A stretch of 64,000 nucleotides of DNA. Source: Vairimorpha necatrix (lineage: Eukaryota). The notes below the pieces were generated by a model, which worked only from the letters and a program-made list of their open reading frames with translations, was not told the origin of the DNA and did no database searches. The stretch's first letter is position 1, and each line of letters starts with the position of its first letter. The DNA is taken from positions 682,001-746,000 of the forward strand of contig CP142731.1 in NCBI GenBank assembly GCA_036630325.1. The letters are read 5' to 3'. Both the position numbers and the translations under genes were made by a program. Below are positions 1 to 13,104 of this stretch, in pieces.

Positions 1-2854
1 ATTTTAAGAAAGGAGGGCATGATGAATTTAGGAAACAACCGTAATCAAAATAATAAATATAATAGTAATAAAAACATTAAAAATATTAAACATAAAAAAG
101 GCCTCATAGAGGCATATCTGAAAAATGGCCATGTCCCCATAGGACATCTCAAATACTTATATAAAAAAAATATGAAAATAACAAATTGAAAATTTATCCA
201 GGATATTTCAAATTTTTTAAAAGGATGCAAAGGTCTTATTGAAGATGATGAAAGTCGAGTTGTACAAAGGGAATTAAAATACTAGTAACGGGAGTGTCTT
301 ACACGATTATTGTTTTTATATGATGAATAATGACTACTCTATTCAAGAAAAACTTTATAATATGAGAAAATGCATAAATGTTATATGTAAATAGATATTG
401 GAAGTCCAACATAAGGTTTTATGTTTGTCTGAACAATACAATGTAAATTGATCCTGTTTCTAAAACAAATATTTTTTTAAAAATAATCGAATCGGCTCTT
501 TATGTCTAAAAAAAAATTAGATAAAAAAGATATTGCAGTTTTTTTTTTCGGAAAGATTTTTAACACGAACCACAAAAATCTGAACTCAAATAGGAAGTTT
601 AAGCATCCTATTAAATGCCCGAAACCGATAGGGTGTTTATACAAACAACTATGTACATTCTGTCATTGTTTTTTACTTCTTCGTATTTCAATGAATTGAT
701 ATGTTACACAAAAGCCAAATATCTATAATATAATTATCGACAATATAAAAATAATCCAGAAAAAAATTATAATTTATAATATAAAAATCCATACTTCATA
801 TTCTACTATAATGTAACATATTGACGTATAAATTAAGAAGAGCACGAAGTTTACACATTTTATATGACGTATAATAATTTCGCATAAATGAAATTAATTA
901 TAGTTTCAAATTAAGTATTAAATTTTTTTACGATAATAAAGACCTAAAAACATTTTGGATAGGGTTTAATCTAAATGAAAATAGAATCAGATTCTACTAG
1001 TGTTTTATTAGAAATCAAAACTCAGTTGTAAGTTCCGTATCTCATACATTGCGACAAAAAGATTAACGATACAATGATTTCTTTAAATATTGAAACCATA
1101 TTTAGTTGTCATTGTCTATAGCAAAATTAAATAAAGCTTATAGAAAACATATGAACTGTAAAATACGTAATATGTTATTGTTAAACACCACAGTATATAT
1201 GCTTTTGAACTGAAGCTAGAAGACTGCATTGAGACATGATACAGACAAGATACATAAAATGAATTTGGAACCCAGAGAAAATTTAGATAATAAAGTACGG
1301 AAGAAGAAATAAGCCATTGAGCCCGATTCTAGAGTTTTTTGGGTCGCTTCGCAAAAAACCCAAAGCCGTGAGACAATTCTCAATTGTATATTTTTTTATT
1401 TCACTAATCTAATGCAAAAATTATTTTCATATTTTTAATTTATAATCGTTATATTTATTTTATATTTATACGACTGTTTTTGATAAAAAATTTTTCTTTA
1501 TTAAATCAAGAGCCTATTTCTAAAAAAAATTATTGTTTTCTATTTTTAGACATAATAATGCATTTTGTTAATATTTTCTAAATTTTTTGTTAGAGACAAT
1601 ATATCTTGAGAGACACAAAGACGTTTGACAAATTCAGAAACATAATCTTAACAAGTTTTAAAGAAAGTTTTTACTAAACGAGGGGTACTTGTAAATATTG
1701 TTAATTACAGTCAAACTAAATAGATCCACAAGAGTTCAAATAATTGAATGTTATTTTTAAGTTTTTAAATAGTTTTAAAACATATATATCAATGAGAAAC
1801 TAAAAATTTTAGAAATATATGTTTTTTTATATATTCTTGCTGAAGTATACAATCAAATATCGACGAAACATATTTTTACAAGAAGAGATTTGTTTGCATG
1901 CATAAAGCATTAAAAACATTTTCAAAAAAGGATGAGATATCATAATAAAATATTTACAATTCCTGTAACAGCTACATCGATCTCCCATGTTAATATACAG
2001 TTACAACTCCTTCTCTAACTAAAGTTATATGTGTGAATGTCTAAAAATTACCCCTCAAAAAAAATATTAATCTTTTTGTCGCGGCCAAATAAGGGGCCTG
2101 GTCATGATGTTATGTTGCTTTATTTTTTTCTATGTGTTTCATCGTTTTATATTTTAATTTGTGGCTCAATGTTTATATTTAAGAAAATCCACTACTTTTG
2201 TTTGTATTTATCAAAAGCTAACAAAATAAACCTGTATAACTTTATATTTTTGTAGGTCTACTGTCATGTCATAATGACATCATATATATAAAAGAATTTT
2301 ATTTAATTTTTTACCCCTAAAATATAAAAAATGATAAAAAAATAAAATTGCCAATTTTGATCTAAAAATAATTTTGAATACTTGAATTGTATTTTATAGA
2401 CAATTTTCAACCACTTACATTAATTACACTTGATTTATAAATCATTTTCGAAATGCTTAGAAATATGATTTTCTCCTTTTTAATTTCTTCCTTTTAGAAA
2501 AAGAAAACAAAAACAATATGAAACAAAATGTTGAAAAAATTGGTTGCTAATGTGTGAAATTACCTTAATTGAATTTATATTTGTTTCTGATTTATTTACC
2601 ACTGCAATGTTGGTTCAATAATTTACTTACATTTTAAAAATCACATTTGCTCCTTTTTAATTCTTCCTACCAGAAATGAAAAATCAAAAACCAAACCAAG
2701 AAACAAACATTAAAAAGATGATTTACAAACATTAGAAATTTATCAACTGACTTACAAACTCAATTAAATAATATTTAGACTAATATCAATGCTATTTATA
2801 AAAATCATTTTCTCATTTTTGTTTTCTTTTTTTCCAAAATGGAATTTCAAAAAC

Positions 2855-2892
2855 TGTTAACCATTTATTTATTAAGGGTTCTAAACCCTACA
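2855..2892 (-). repeat. 3' LTR (38 bp)
   Basis: Minus strand TGTAGGGTTTAGAACCCTTAATAAATAAATGGTTAACA, identical to 5883-5920. Confidence 0.92.
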
Positions 2893-4184
2893 TCCCCCTC
2901 CAGACGGGTAGTCTCTCCATCTTCTAAACAACTCTTCCTTATCTCTTTCAAATCATAATGCCTCTTTTTAACAATTTTACCATCCAGTAGTCTCACAATA
3001 TATGAATCATTTTCACTTATAGCTACGATCCTTCCGCGACCCGTGAATCTTCCCTTGTCTGTTTTCGCACGTGTACCTAAATTTTCTCTCCTAGCGATTC
3101 TTACCTCTTGGCCTACTGTAAATGTCTCTCTGTGTCTTCTCTTGAACCGACCAGCATATTTTCCATTTTTATCATTTTCAATTATAACTTCAGCAGTTTG
3201 ATCTCTCCACGCTTCCATCGGCGTACATTTTATTGCTGTATGTAGTGTATTATTATATCCTTTGATTGCTCTTTCTATCTTTTCAGAAATATTCCCATCA
3301 TTTTGCTTTATCAATGTCTCTCTTATAGTTCTGATGCATCTCTCGATTCTACCATTACTCCTATGAGCTTCTAAGCCCACTTTCCTATGTTTAATATCAT
3401 TAATACTACACCATTCTTTAAATCTATTACTTACAAACTCTTTTCCGTTGTCTGTCACATATTCCTCTGGAAATCCATCTTCCCTTATCCACTTTTGTAA
3501 TACCTCTATAACTTCACTACTCTCTTTACATCTCAAATTCGAACCCCACAACCTTCTAGTAAAGTAATCAATACCCAGTAACACATACCTATTCTCTCCA
3601 CCTATGTCCATTAAATCCAACGCCACTTTCTCCAATTTCTTTCTAGTTACTACGAAATCACATCCTCCTGTGTTTTTCCTATTGTTAATCCCACATATTT
3701 CACAATTCTTAATTACCTTATTAATATGATCTTTCATACCAGGCCAATACCATCTTTGTTTAATGTTATAATAAGTGCCTTTGACACCTCTATGGTTTAA
3801 CTCCTCATGTACTCTTGTTATTTCATGTTCTCTACTATCTAGGCTCAATATCTCTTTCACCTCACCTGTGGAAAATTCCCAATACTGTTTACCGTCCTTT
3901 TCTTTAATATGTTTCTGCTTTTTTCCCAAAATTTGTTTTTCGATCACTTCTTTTCTCTTGTTGTCCTTTTCTTTTTGTTCATCCGAAACTTCTACCTGAT
4001 CATACTGCCTACTTAACGCATCTGCATCTGTCATCAACTCCCCTTTCACATACTCTATTGTAAAGTCAAACTCTTGTATCTGTTCTACCCATCTGTTTAT
4101 TCTGTTATTATTGAAGTATGGCTCATTTCTGATCTCTGCTAATGCTTTATGATCCGTCATCAAATGAAATTTCCTTCCTCTCAA
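2865..4184 (-). pseudogene. Pol fragment: RNase H C-terminus and integrase (HHCC + DDE)
   Basis: TDHKAL and ADALSR (RNase H end); HEELNHRG...CEIC zinc motif; IDYFTR, TDNGKEF, SNGRIER integrase core. Separated from RT by an apparent 1-nt deletion near 4193. Confidence 0.9.
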
Positions 4185-4192
4185 ATCACTTT

Positions 4193-5251
4193 CTACTTCT
4201 TTATTCCAAAAAACACCGCCAACATCTCCTTCTCACTTATCGTATATCTTCGCTCGGTAGGAGTCAACATTTTCGATGCCCATTGTATCGGAATCCACTC
4301 ACCCTCTTTATTTTCTTGTAATAGAATTGCTCCGATCCCCGTATCACACGCATCAGTTCTTACTCTAAATAGCTTTTTTCCGTCCGGAATCTTCAACTTT
4401 TTCATATCTCTCAAGCCTTGCTTCATATCCTCAAAAGCTCTTTCCATATCCTCCGTCCAATTCCACTTAACATCTTTCTTTAAAGCCTCAGTAAGCCTTA
4501 CTGTTCTATACGCATAGTTGGGAATAAAGTCTCTAAACCAACCAGTTAGTCCTAAAAATCTTCTTAACTCTCTAACATTCTCAGGTTTTCTATATTCCAA
4601 TGTCTCCTGCTTTTTAATCTCATTCGGTCCCATGACCTCCCCATTAATTGTTACTCCCAGCAACATCACCTCATCTTTTTTGTATTGTATCTTTGTTTGG
4701 TTTATTCTCAACCCACACTCTTTAAACTTTTTAATTACCCTCTCTAGTAACTCGTCATGCACTCTTACGTCTTTACCATGAATAACTATATCATCCATAT
4801 ATACTTCCACGCCTTTACCTCTGAATTCATCTAAAACTCTGTTCATTACTCTCTGCATTACATGAGGCGAATTCTTAAACCCCATAACCATACTATTCCA
4901 TTCGTATACTCGACCATTCACTTCAAATGCTGTTTTGTGCTTATGGTGCTCCTCAATCTCAATATGATAAACCCCTTCTTTTAAGTCGATAACCGTAAAT
5001 ACTTTTGACCCCTGTGTGGCTCTCATAATATCCTTAATTAACGGTAGTGAGTACGGGTCCTTGTCAACCAAATCGTTTAACGCCATCAAATTGCTTACCA
5101 ATCTTACGTCCCCATTTGGTTTTTCAAGTGCTCTTATTGGACTCCTCCACTCACTTTTGGAACGTCTTATAACCCCTCTATTTTCCAACTTATTCAAGTA
5201 CTCCTCAAATTTCACCCTAAGGTAGTATGGCACATTCTGCCCTCTTTTCAC
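4193..5251 (-). pseudogene. Pol fragment: reverse transcriptase and RNase H N-terminus
   Basis: IDLKEGVYHI, MVMGFKNSP, YMDD, FLGLTGWFRDFI, TDACDTGIGAIL, EKEMLAV motifs. Confidence 0.92.
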
Positions 5252-5274
5252 AACCTTTTCACCTTGCTTAGTAT

Positions 5275-5892
5275 TTATTGGACACTTCTCTTATCTGTGA
5301 GATATTTTATCTTTTCTTCTGATTCTTTAAAAACTTCCGGATACTTTTCAATTAAATTTTCTAACTTATTTACTGTTTTACATCTTTTCCCTTCATTGTT
5401 GATAATTGGTTCTTTCTGTAAAACTTGTTCCTTTTTAATTTTATATTTTTCCCTACCAGCTACACTTTCATGACATTCTCTAGCGTAATGCCCTTCTTTC
5501 TTACATATAAAACATTTTGTAGTTTCTCTGATTTCTCTTCTTTTCCTATACATCCTAAGATTTTCTTTTCTTTCTTCCCTAAACTCTTTCAACACTTTAT
5601 CCATAATCTCTTCAATCATTTCTTGTCTTTCTTCTAACTCTCTCTCAAATTCTGCTCCTTTTTGTAAGCCTTTATAAATTTCCTCCCAACTGCTCCTTCC
5701 GTCACAAAAATTTTCAAAAATATAATCCTGCAAGTTCGCAGATGCCAAATCCATAACATCTTTCCACTCAACTTTCAATATTAACTTTAGTCTCTTATCT
5801 ATCCTAATTGCCTCTTTCTCTAATGTTCTAGCCTCTTGACTACGGGACTCTCTTGTTTCCCTGTTCATCCTTGTGTTCGCCATGTTAACCAT
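5275..5892 (-). CDS. Short Gag-like protein with CCHC zinc knuckle, running into the pre-RT region
   Basis: CFICKKEGHYAREC, then LIEKYPEVF (pre-RT motif); frameshift near 5290 relative to RT. Confidence 0.75.
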   Translation of the reverse strand: MVNMANTRMNRETRESRSQEARTLEKEAIRIDKRLKLILKVEWKDVMDLASANLQDYIFENFCDGRSSWEEIYKGLQKGAEFERELEERQEMIEEIMDKVLKEFREERKENLRMYRKRREIRETTKCFICKKEGHYARECHESVAGREKYKIKKEQVLQKEPIINNEGKRCKTVNKLENLIEKYPEVFKESEEKIKYLTDKRSVQ

Positions 5893-5920
5893 TTATTTAT
5901 TAAGGGTTCTAAACCCTACA
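5883..5920 (-). repeat. 5' LTR (38 bp)
   Basis: Identical to 2855-2892; followed on the minus strand by TGG (PBS-like). Confidence 0.92.
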
Positions 5921-5956
5921 AAAACTATAAATAAATTTTTTTCTTTACCCCTCATT

Positions 5957-8900
5957 ATGTTTACGAAAAATCAAACAAATTGCGATTTTAGTGAACAACC
6001 AAAAGCAACTATCACTATCTCTCAGGAGATAAGTTATAATACTGAAAACAACAATGTTGTTTTCTATGAAGCCAATGCCTCTGTACATAACACAAAAAAT
6101 AAAAAAACAAATGTCGGAGAAACAAAAAAAAGGAATTTTATATTCAGTTTCTCTGGCGAAAACAAAACACCATCCAACCCAACAAACAGCACAGAAAAAA
6201 CAGCTAGATTAACAGATAACACAACAATGCAAACTTTGACAGAAAAACTAGATCTAGCTTGCAGAATTACTAGCAGAAACCATGCCGAACCTTATTGTGG
6301 AGATCTGAAAGAAGAATGTGCCTTTTGTGGGGCATTACATTTTGCTGGAGAAGCAAGCAGTAATGGATTATACAAAAGCTGCTGTCATTTTGGGAAAGTC
6401 AAATTACAAAGAACTAGAAACTTCCCAAATGAGATTAAGAATTTATTTATTGCAAAAGATAAAGATGGAAAGAACTTCAAAGAAAATATTAGATCTTACA
6501 ATGCTGCTCTTTCTTTTGCTTCTCTTGGTGCTCAAATAGAAACTGTATCCAATGGACCATATGTATTTAAAATACATGGACAAGTGTATCATAACACTTA
6601 TAATGTAAATAATATGGACTCTAATGCACCAAAGAAATATTCTCAACTATATGTAGTAGATAGTGATATGGCCAATGCTCAAAGAATGATGAATCTATCT
6701 AACAGAAACTGTGATATTAATATCATGAGCAAATTAGATGGATTCATAAGATCAGCAAACCCATATTCCGATGCATATAAAAATATGTCTGAAGTAATTA
6801 AGGAGCAAAAGGAGTTGGGAAAGGAAGTTAAAGACATTTATATGGTCTTTAATAAAAATTTAGAAAGAGATCAGAGAAGGTATAATGCTCCCTCTACAAG
6901 TGAAATCGCAATGATTTTCACCGATCCAAACGGAGAACCACCATTTGAAAGGGACATTAAAGTATATAGCAAGGGTCTTAATTCAGATAATTTACATTTG
7001 GATATTTTAAGTCCACATTTAGATCCAATGACATATACTTTGTTCTATCCACATGGCGAAGCTGGATGGAACGCAAATTTGAGGTTGGAGTCTTATCTTG
7101 GAGTGACACAGAAGATATCTCTGCTACAATATAAAGTAGCACAAATATCTATAAGGAAAGATAAGTTCAATCCTTTACTTTATGGAGGAAAGTTATTTTA
7201 ACAATGGATTGTAGATTCATATCTACAAGTTGAAGCAAATAACTTAAACTTCATAAAGTTAAATCAGAAGAAGTTGAGGGTAGATCTTTACAAAGGCTTA
7301 GTAGATTATGTAAATAATGGATCAGAAAGTTCTGCCAAGCCCGTGATCTTACCATCAAGTTTCCAAGGATCTCCGAGAAATATGAGAGAGAGATATCATG
7401 ATGCAATGTCAATTGTAAGAAGTTTCGGCAAGACCGATCTTTTTATTACTATGACTTGCAATCCAAACTGGAAGGAGATCAAGGAAAATCTTTTTGAAGG
7501 ACAAACAGCAGTTGATAGACCAGATTTGGTAGCAAAGGTCTTCAACGTGAAATTAAAAAGTATGATGGAGGAGATTTTGTCGGGGAGAGCATTTGGGGAA
7601 GTCGTAGCCCATGTCTATTCTATTGAGTTCCAAAAACGTCGACTTCCTCATGCTCACATATTGATAATGTTAAAGGATAAGATTCGGGATGAAGAAAGAA
7701 TAGATAAGTATGTGAGTGCAGAAATACCATCACCCATGGACAATGAGATGTTACACAACTGTGTAACAAAACATATGATTCATGGACCATGTGGACTAAG
7801 TAACTTGACAAGTCCATGCATGGAAAATGGTGTCTGCACGAAAGAATATCCCAAAGAATATAACTTTGAAACAAAGATAAATAATGACGGATATCCTGAA
7901 TACCGAAGAATAAGAGGGACCGAGTACAATGTAAGGGGAAACATTGTTACTAATGCTAACGTGGTCCCTTATAATGCTTATCTACTTCAAAAATATAATT
8001 GTCATATCAATGTAGAAGTTTGTACTTCTATTAAGTCAGTTAAGTATATTTTCAAGTATATTTACAAAGGATTTGATTGTGCTGAAATGAGAATAACAGA
8101 CAATAATGAAATTGATCATTTTGTGAATTCAAGATATGTTTCAGCCCAGAGGCTACCTGGAGATTAATGGAATACAAGATGCATGGGAGATCTCATAAGA
8201 TCCATAGGCTTCCTGTGCATCTTCCACAAGAACAATTGATCACTTTCGAAGAAGGCAGAGAAGAGGAAGCTGTTAGATTGTCTGATCTTAGACAGACTCC
8301 TCTTTTAGCCTACTTTAAATTGAATGAAGTTGATGAAGAGGCGCATCAGTTTTCGTATAGTGAGATACCCCCTCACTATACATATAAAAAAGGGGAATGG
8401 ATAAGGAGAAAGAATAAGTACAGCAAGATAATTACTAGACTTTATTCTGTATCTCCTACAGAGAAGGAAAGATTTAGCCTTAGAGTTCTATTGATCAATG
8501 TAAAGGGGGCTAAGTCATATGAGGATTTGAGAACTGTAAATGGTGTAGTTTACAGTTCTTTTGCAGAAGCGGTGGAAGAAAGAGGACTTCTTCAAGATGA
8601 TAAAGAATGGGAAAGGGCTTTGGATGAGGCTGTATCAACCGAGTCCCCATCAATAATAAGAGCATTGTTTGGATATATTTGTGCTTTCAATAAGCCTAAA
8701 AATACCAAGGAACTATTTGAGAAGTATATTGGAGATATGTCTGAAGATCTAGATCAGAATAGTAGAGACGAAATATTAAGTAGATTAAAAGATATAGTTA
8801 ATGCTCAGGGTTTAGATGAGCCGAATAACTATATCAAGTAGGAAAGAGCCGTCTTTGATAATGAACAAGATCTAGATCAGATGATATCCTCTTTGAATGA

Positions 8901-10239
8901 AAACCAGAAAAATGCGTTTAATATAATTACAGATAATATAGATAAAAGAGGCAATGTATTCTTTTTAGATGGACCAGCAGGATCGGGGAAGACATATTTA
9001 TATAATGTCCTGATCGAGTATCTAAGTAAGAGTAAAAAATCTTCAATACAGATGGCAACCACAGGTATTGCTTCAGATCTATTAAAGGATGGAAGAACAA
9101 TGCATAGCTGCATGAAACTTCCTGTTCCTTTGACTGAGACCAGCGTATCTAGATTAAAGCAAAATACTCCAGAAGCAGAGAGAATAATAAAGGCCTCTTT
9201 ATTGCTAATAGATGAAGTTTCGATGATGTCAAAACATGCATTGAACACAATAGATGAAGTGCTTAAAAGACTCTGTAACAATGATGATATCTTTGGGGGG
9301 AAAACTCTATTGTTGGGTGGTGACTTTAGACAGACATCAACCATTGTAATGAAGGGTACTCCAAATGATATCATCGAGAACTCATTAATTAGTTCAAGAC
9401 TTTGGGTACATGTCTGTGTACTAAAGCTTGAAACGAATATGAGATCTTATAATCAATTGGAGTTTAATAAATGGTTGTTAGATATAGGTGAGGGGCGTAC
9501 TAGAGATAGTAAAGGATGTGTGGAGATACCCAAAGAATATCTTGAAGAAGGGGACATAGTCGATAGCATTTTTGATACAATCAAAATTGAAGCAGGTGAT
9601 GATTCTTTGTTTGATAAGATTATCTTAACGAGCAAAAATGAACATGCAAATGAATTGAATGCCAAAGTGTTAAACCTTCTTAATGGATCTTCGAGGGTAT
9701 ATATGAGTTCTGATGCTATAGAATCAGAGGATATCGAAGAACAACTGAGATTTCCTCTTGAGTTCTTGAACATGCAACAGCCATCAGGACTACCTCCACA
9801 TAAGTTAGTATTGAAGATAGGGGCAATAGTGATGTTGTTACGCAATATTGATCCTAAGAATGGATTATTAAATGGGACAAGATTGAAGATAAGAGGTCTC
9901 AGAGATAATTACATCTTAGGTGAGATAATAACAGGAAGGGGAAGGGGCACCCTTGCCGTAATACCAAAGATTGATATGATGCCAAGTGACACTCTTCTTC
10001 CATTTATACTCAAAAGAAGACAGTTTCCTGTGGTATTGTCATATGCGATGACAATACATAAAGCACAGGGACAGTCTTTTGACAAAGTGGGAGTGTATTT
10101 GCCTGAGGATGTATTTTCTCATGGTCAATTATACGTAGCTTTGTCAAGAGTGAAGAAGAGTGAAAACTTGAGACTCAAGTTGGGGGGAAACAGGGCCAAT
10201 GTCAAAAATGTAGTTCTACGTAAACTAATTGGCCCATAA
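5957..10239 (+). pseudogene. Helitron RepHel protein (Zn finger + HUH Rep + PIF1 helicase) broken into four ORFs
   Basis: CAFCGALHF/CCHFGKV, RSYNAALSFASLG, LPSSFQGSPR, FITMTCNP, IEFQKRRLPHAH (HUH), GPAGSGKT, IDEVSM, GDFRQ, HKAQGQS, GQLYVALSR. Stops at 7199 and 8839, frameshift near 8150. Probable ATG at 5957 after a CCC motif. Confidence 0.92.
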
Positions 10240-10541
10240 GAGCCAAGAGATGGAGAAATGCGCCGTGAGCGTACAAGAACAATGCCATTTTTCTTCCAAT
10301 AAGGATGAGATAAAAGATGATAAAATGCGCCGTGAGCGTACAAAAACTATGCCATTTTTTTAATTGAGATTGTAATATAAAGAAACACGTACCAATGCAA
10401 ACACAAACAACCCGTTCTAAGAACAAGTCTGTATACACTAGTATCACATAAAATAAATCTGTCAAACATCTTATCACTGACCGGCAAAAGTCAATAAAAA
10501 ACTTTAGGAATATATTTATAATGTAAAATACAAACAATAAG

Positions 10542-12343
10542 TGTCAAGCGCCCAGGGCGCACGTGCGCCCAGCCCGCACAAAAACGAAGTTTTTGCCGGG
10601 TTCGAGCGCAGTGAGAACAATTTTTTTTTTCCGAAGGAAAATTAAGGAATAAAAAATAATAGATTTGTTTTACTTTAAAAAGATAATTAAATTGTTTAGA
10701 TTTACAGAAGTTTTTTTTTGCATGGGAATATTTTTGATATTGGAATCTTTTTAAACTCAAGATAATATGTTGGGTTCGGGAATCCTTATAAGTAAAAGTA
10801 CTGACAAAATATATAAACTAATTTTGTATTTTTTTAATCAAATTTAAATCTACTATAACTTTATTTCCTTCTAAATTTAACTTTACTCGATTGTTAGAAA
10901 AAATTTCTATTACTATAGACTCTTTATGATAGAAAGATTCAAGTTTTTTTTATTATTATCAAAATCTTTTTTCAATAAAACAGTATCACCTACTTCAAAA
11001 TCATAAATAGAATTGTGTACCGCGCGTCTATCCATTCGTGCAAAGTATTTTTTTGGTAACTCGAAAATACACAGTCTTCTTTAGATTTTTCTTCCTTTTT
11101 AACACAATCGATTTCATTATCAACAGACACAGGACATATTTCTCTATCTAACTCTAAAGACACTTTATTCTCAGGTTCTAAATTTTTACGAACTACTGTG
11201 TTGTAACCAGCTCTGTTAAACATTTTCTCAAATGGAGTAAAAGAAGTCGCAGAATGAACTGCTTGATTATAAACACTAGTAACCTTTTTTAGACAATCAA
11301 TCCACCTTTCACTTCGTTCTGATGTTTCTTCGTCCATTAATTTTTTTGATAATAACCTTGTGATTGTTTGGTTAAACCGTTCCACCTGACCCTGTGTCTG
11401 TGGATGTCTAGGTCTCCCGTTTATTAGAAGGATTTTATATTTTGATGCAAGATCATACATCAATTTAATCCTAAACTCCTTACCATTATCACTTTGAATG
11501 ATCCCAGGTACACAATAATGTTCAAATAAATCCTCCAAACACTCTATAACACACTCAGCTGTCTTACCTTTTAATGGATATGTTCTGGCAAATTTTGAAT
11601 ATACATCCAAAATAGATAATATCCAGCAATACCCATCGTTAAACTCCTTGTATGATCTCATATCAATAAGATCTATCATTAGGCGTTCCCATGGAAATTC
11701 TGCTGTAATATGTTTCATTTTTTCCTTTGTCTTCAAAGGCTGACATTGAGCGCAAATTTTACATTCACGTACAACATCACGTATCAATTCCCTTGGGATT
11801 GAAAAAATATAAACATTTACTTTTTAGGTATAGGGCATTCTGACCTAAATGCCCATCTACGTGAAGTTTTTGCATTTCTAACTTCATCGCACAAATATCC
11901 TTTTGTGCAAAAACCTTTAAATGTAGATTGTCGATACCTCTTAAGTAAAGATGATTATCTACAATTGTAAAGTGTTCAGCCTATTTCCTTAATCTCGCCA
12001 AAGAAAACCTCGAAATATCTTTTACGACTTTATTACAATAATATCTAGAATATTTTTATATTCTTCCGAGTTTTTCACAGGTAAGACCATTTGAGGGATG
12101 TTATGAAATATTTTTTAAAATGGTGTTGTTTTTAACTTATTTATATTTTTAAGGATTTTTTATAACTGTGTTTAGCTCAGCGGTCAGAAATTCTGAAACG
12201 AACTGGTCAAATTTTAAGAGGAAGGGTTCGATCCCCGCGCGAGCCATTTTTCATAAGCACCCTTAAAAAAATGAAAAATGGCTCAAAAAGCGGGAATTGG
12301 GCCGTGTGCGGGCTGGGCGCACGTGCGCCCCGCGCGCGCGACA
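10542..12343 (-). mobile_element. Ginger/TDD-like DNA transposon with retroviral-integrase-type transposase
   Basis: ~39-bp TIRs starting TGTC and containing the palindrome GGGCGCACGTGCGCCC; 5-bp TSD ATAAG (10537-10541, 12344-12348); integrase-only coding content, no RT or LTR. Confidence 0.85.
10990..12090 (-). pseudogene. Integrase-like DDE transposase (KRBA2/SCAND3/Ginger2-type), frameshifted
   Basis: ATG at 12090 (MVLPVKNSEEY); HVDGH...CKIC zinc motif; WERLMIDLIDM, LDVYSKF, SDNGKEF, GRPRHPQTQGQVER. Confidence 0.85.
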
Positions 12344-13104
12344 ATAAGTATTCTTGTTAAAACATACATTAAAAATAAAAAAAGAAGTGCATGTAATCAA
12401 ATAGGAACAAGGCCAATGAAGCTATCAGTAAGTGAAGAAATAAAAATATATTTTAAGAGCATATGTACTTTATACTACATAAATTAATATACAATTATAC
12501 ATGATGCATTTATTTGTATTATACATCACAAACTCACCATGGAAAAGATATAATATATTTTTATGTGAGTATCAAAGTCAAAGTGTCATCTCACATCTTA
12601 TAAATGTCAAGTTTCTTGTTTATTTGCTTGGGTCAACAAATAAACAAAACAAATGTGTATTAGACAAAATAATTTTATATCTGAGAATTAGATAATAGAT
12701 CATTTAATTATCAGAATTATCATGATTTAAGATAAATTGTCAGTATAAGTTGTGTTCATGTATAATACTGTAGTATCATGTAGATTCAACTCTTTATAAA
12801 GCATCATTTAGAATTCATGTTTTTTATACAATTTTTACACAATTATAAATGTTGCTAATCTCAGATCACAATTTTGATCAGTGAATCAGTGATTAATCAA
12901 TCATTTGCTGATTTATTAAAATAATTTTTTACCCTTGTAAAATTTTATTTCATCCAATCTGATATTATATCATTTATTAAGTATTTTTAAACAATTATAG
13001 TTTTCATATTTTATATTATAAGAATTTGTATTAAGAAATATATTTATTTCTAATATTTTCATAAATACTGATTAAAATCAAATATATTGATTTTTAATAC
13101 ACAA

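Larger units (their letters stand above)
2855..5920 (-). mobile_element. Ty3/gypsy LTR retrotransposon, 3066 bp, with 38-bp LTRs
   Basis: Identical 38-bp TG...CA direct repeats at 2855-2892 and 5883-5920; 5-bp TSD AAAAC (2850-2854, 5921-5925); PPT GGAGGGGGA abuts the 3' LTR; TGGCGAAC PBS-like sequence abuts the 5' LTR; domain order gag-RT-RH-IN. Confidence 0.93.
2280..10441 (+). mobile_element. Helitron, complete termini, with disrupted RepHel gene; hosts a nested Ty3/gypsy element
   Basis: 5' end A|TCATATATATAAAAG at 2279/2280. 3' end is an imperfect hairpin CCCGTTCTAAGAACAAG followed by CTAG|T at 10438-10442. Both ends resemble those of the mini-Helitron at 44073-44589. Rep and PIF1 helicase ORFs lie inside. 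Confidence 0.85.

Noticed and set aside
1-2279. Short ORFs and small hairpins in the first 2.3 kb
   Set aside because: AT-rich, no recognisable protein motif or element termini.
5873-5956. N-terminal extension of the Helitron ORF from 5873
   Set aside because: It reads through the inserted gypsy LTR; the CCC-preceded ATG at 5957 or a later ATG is more plausible.
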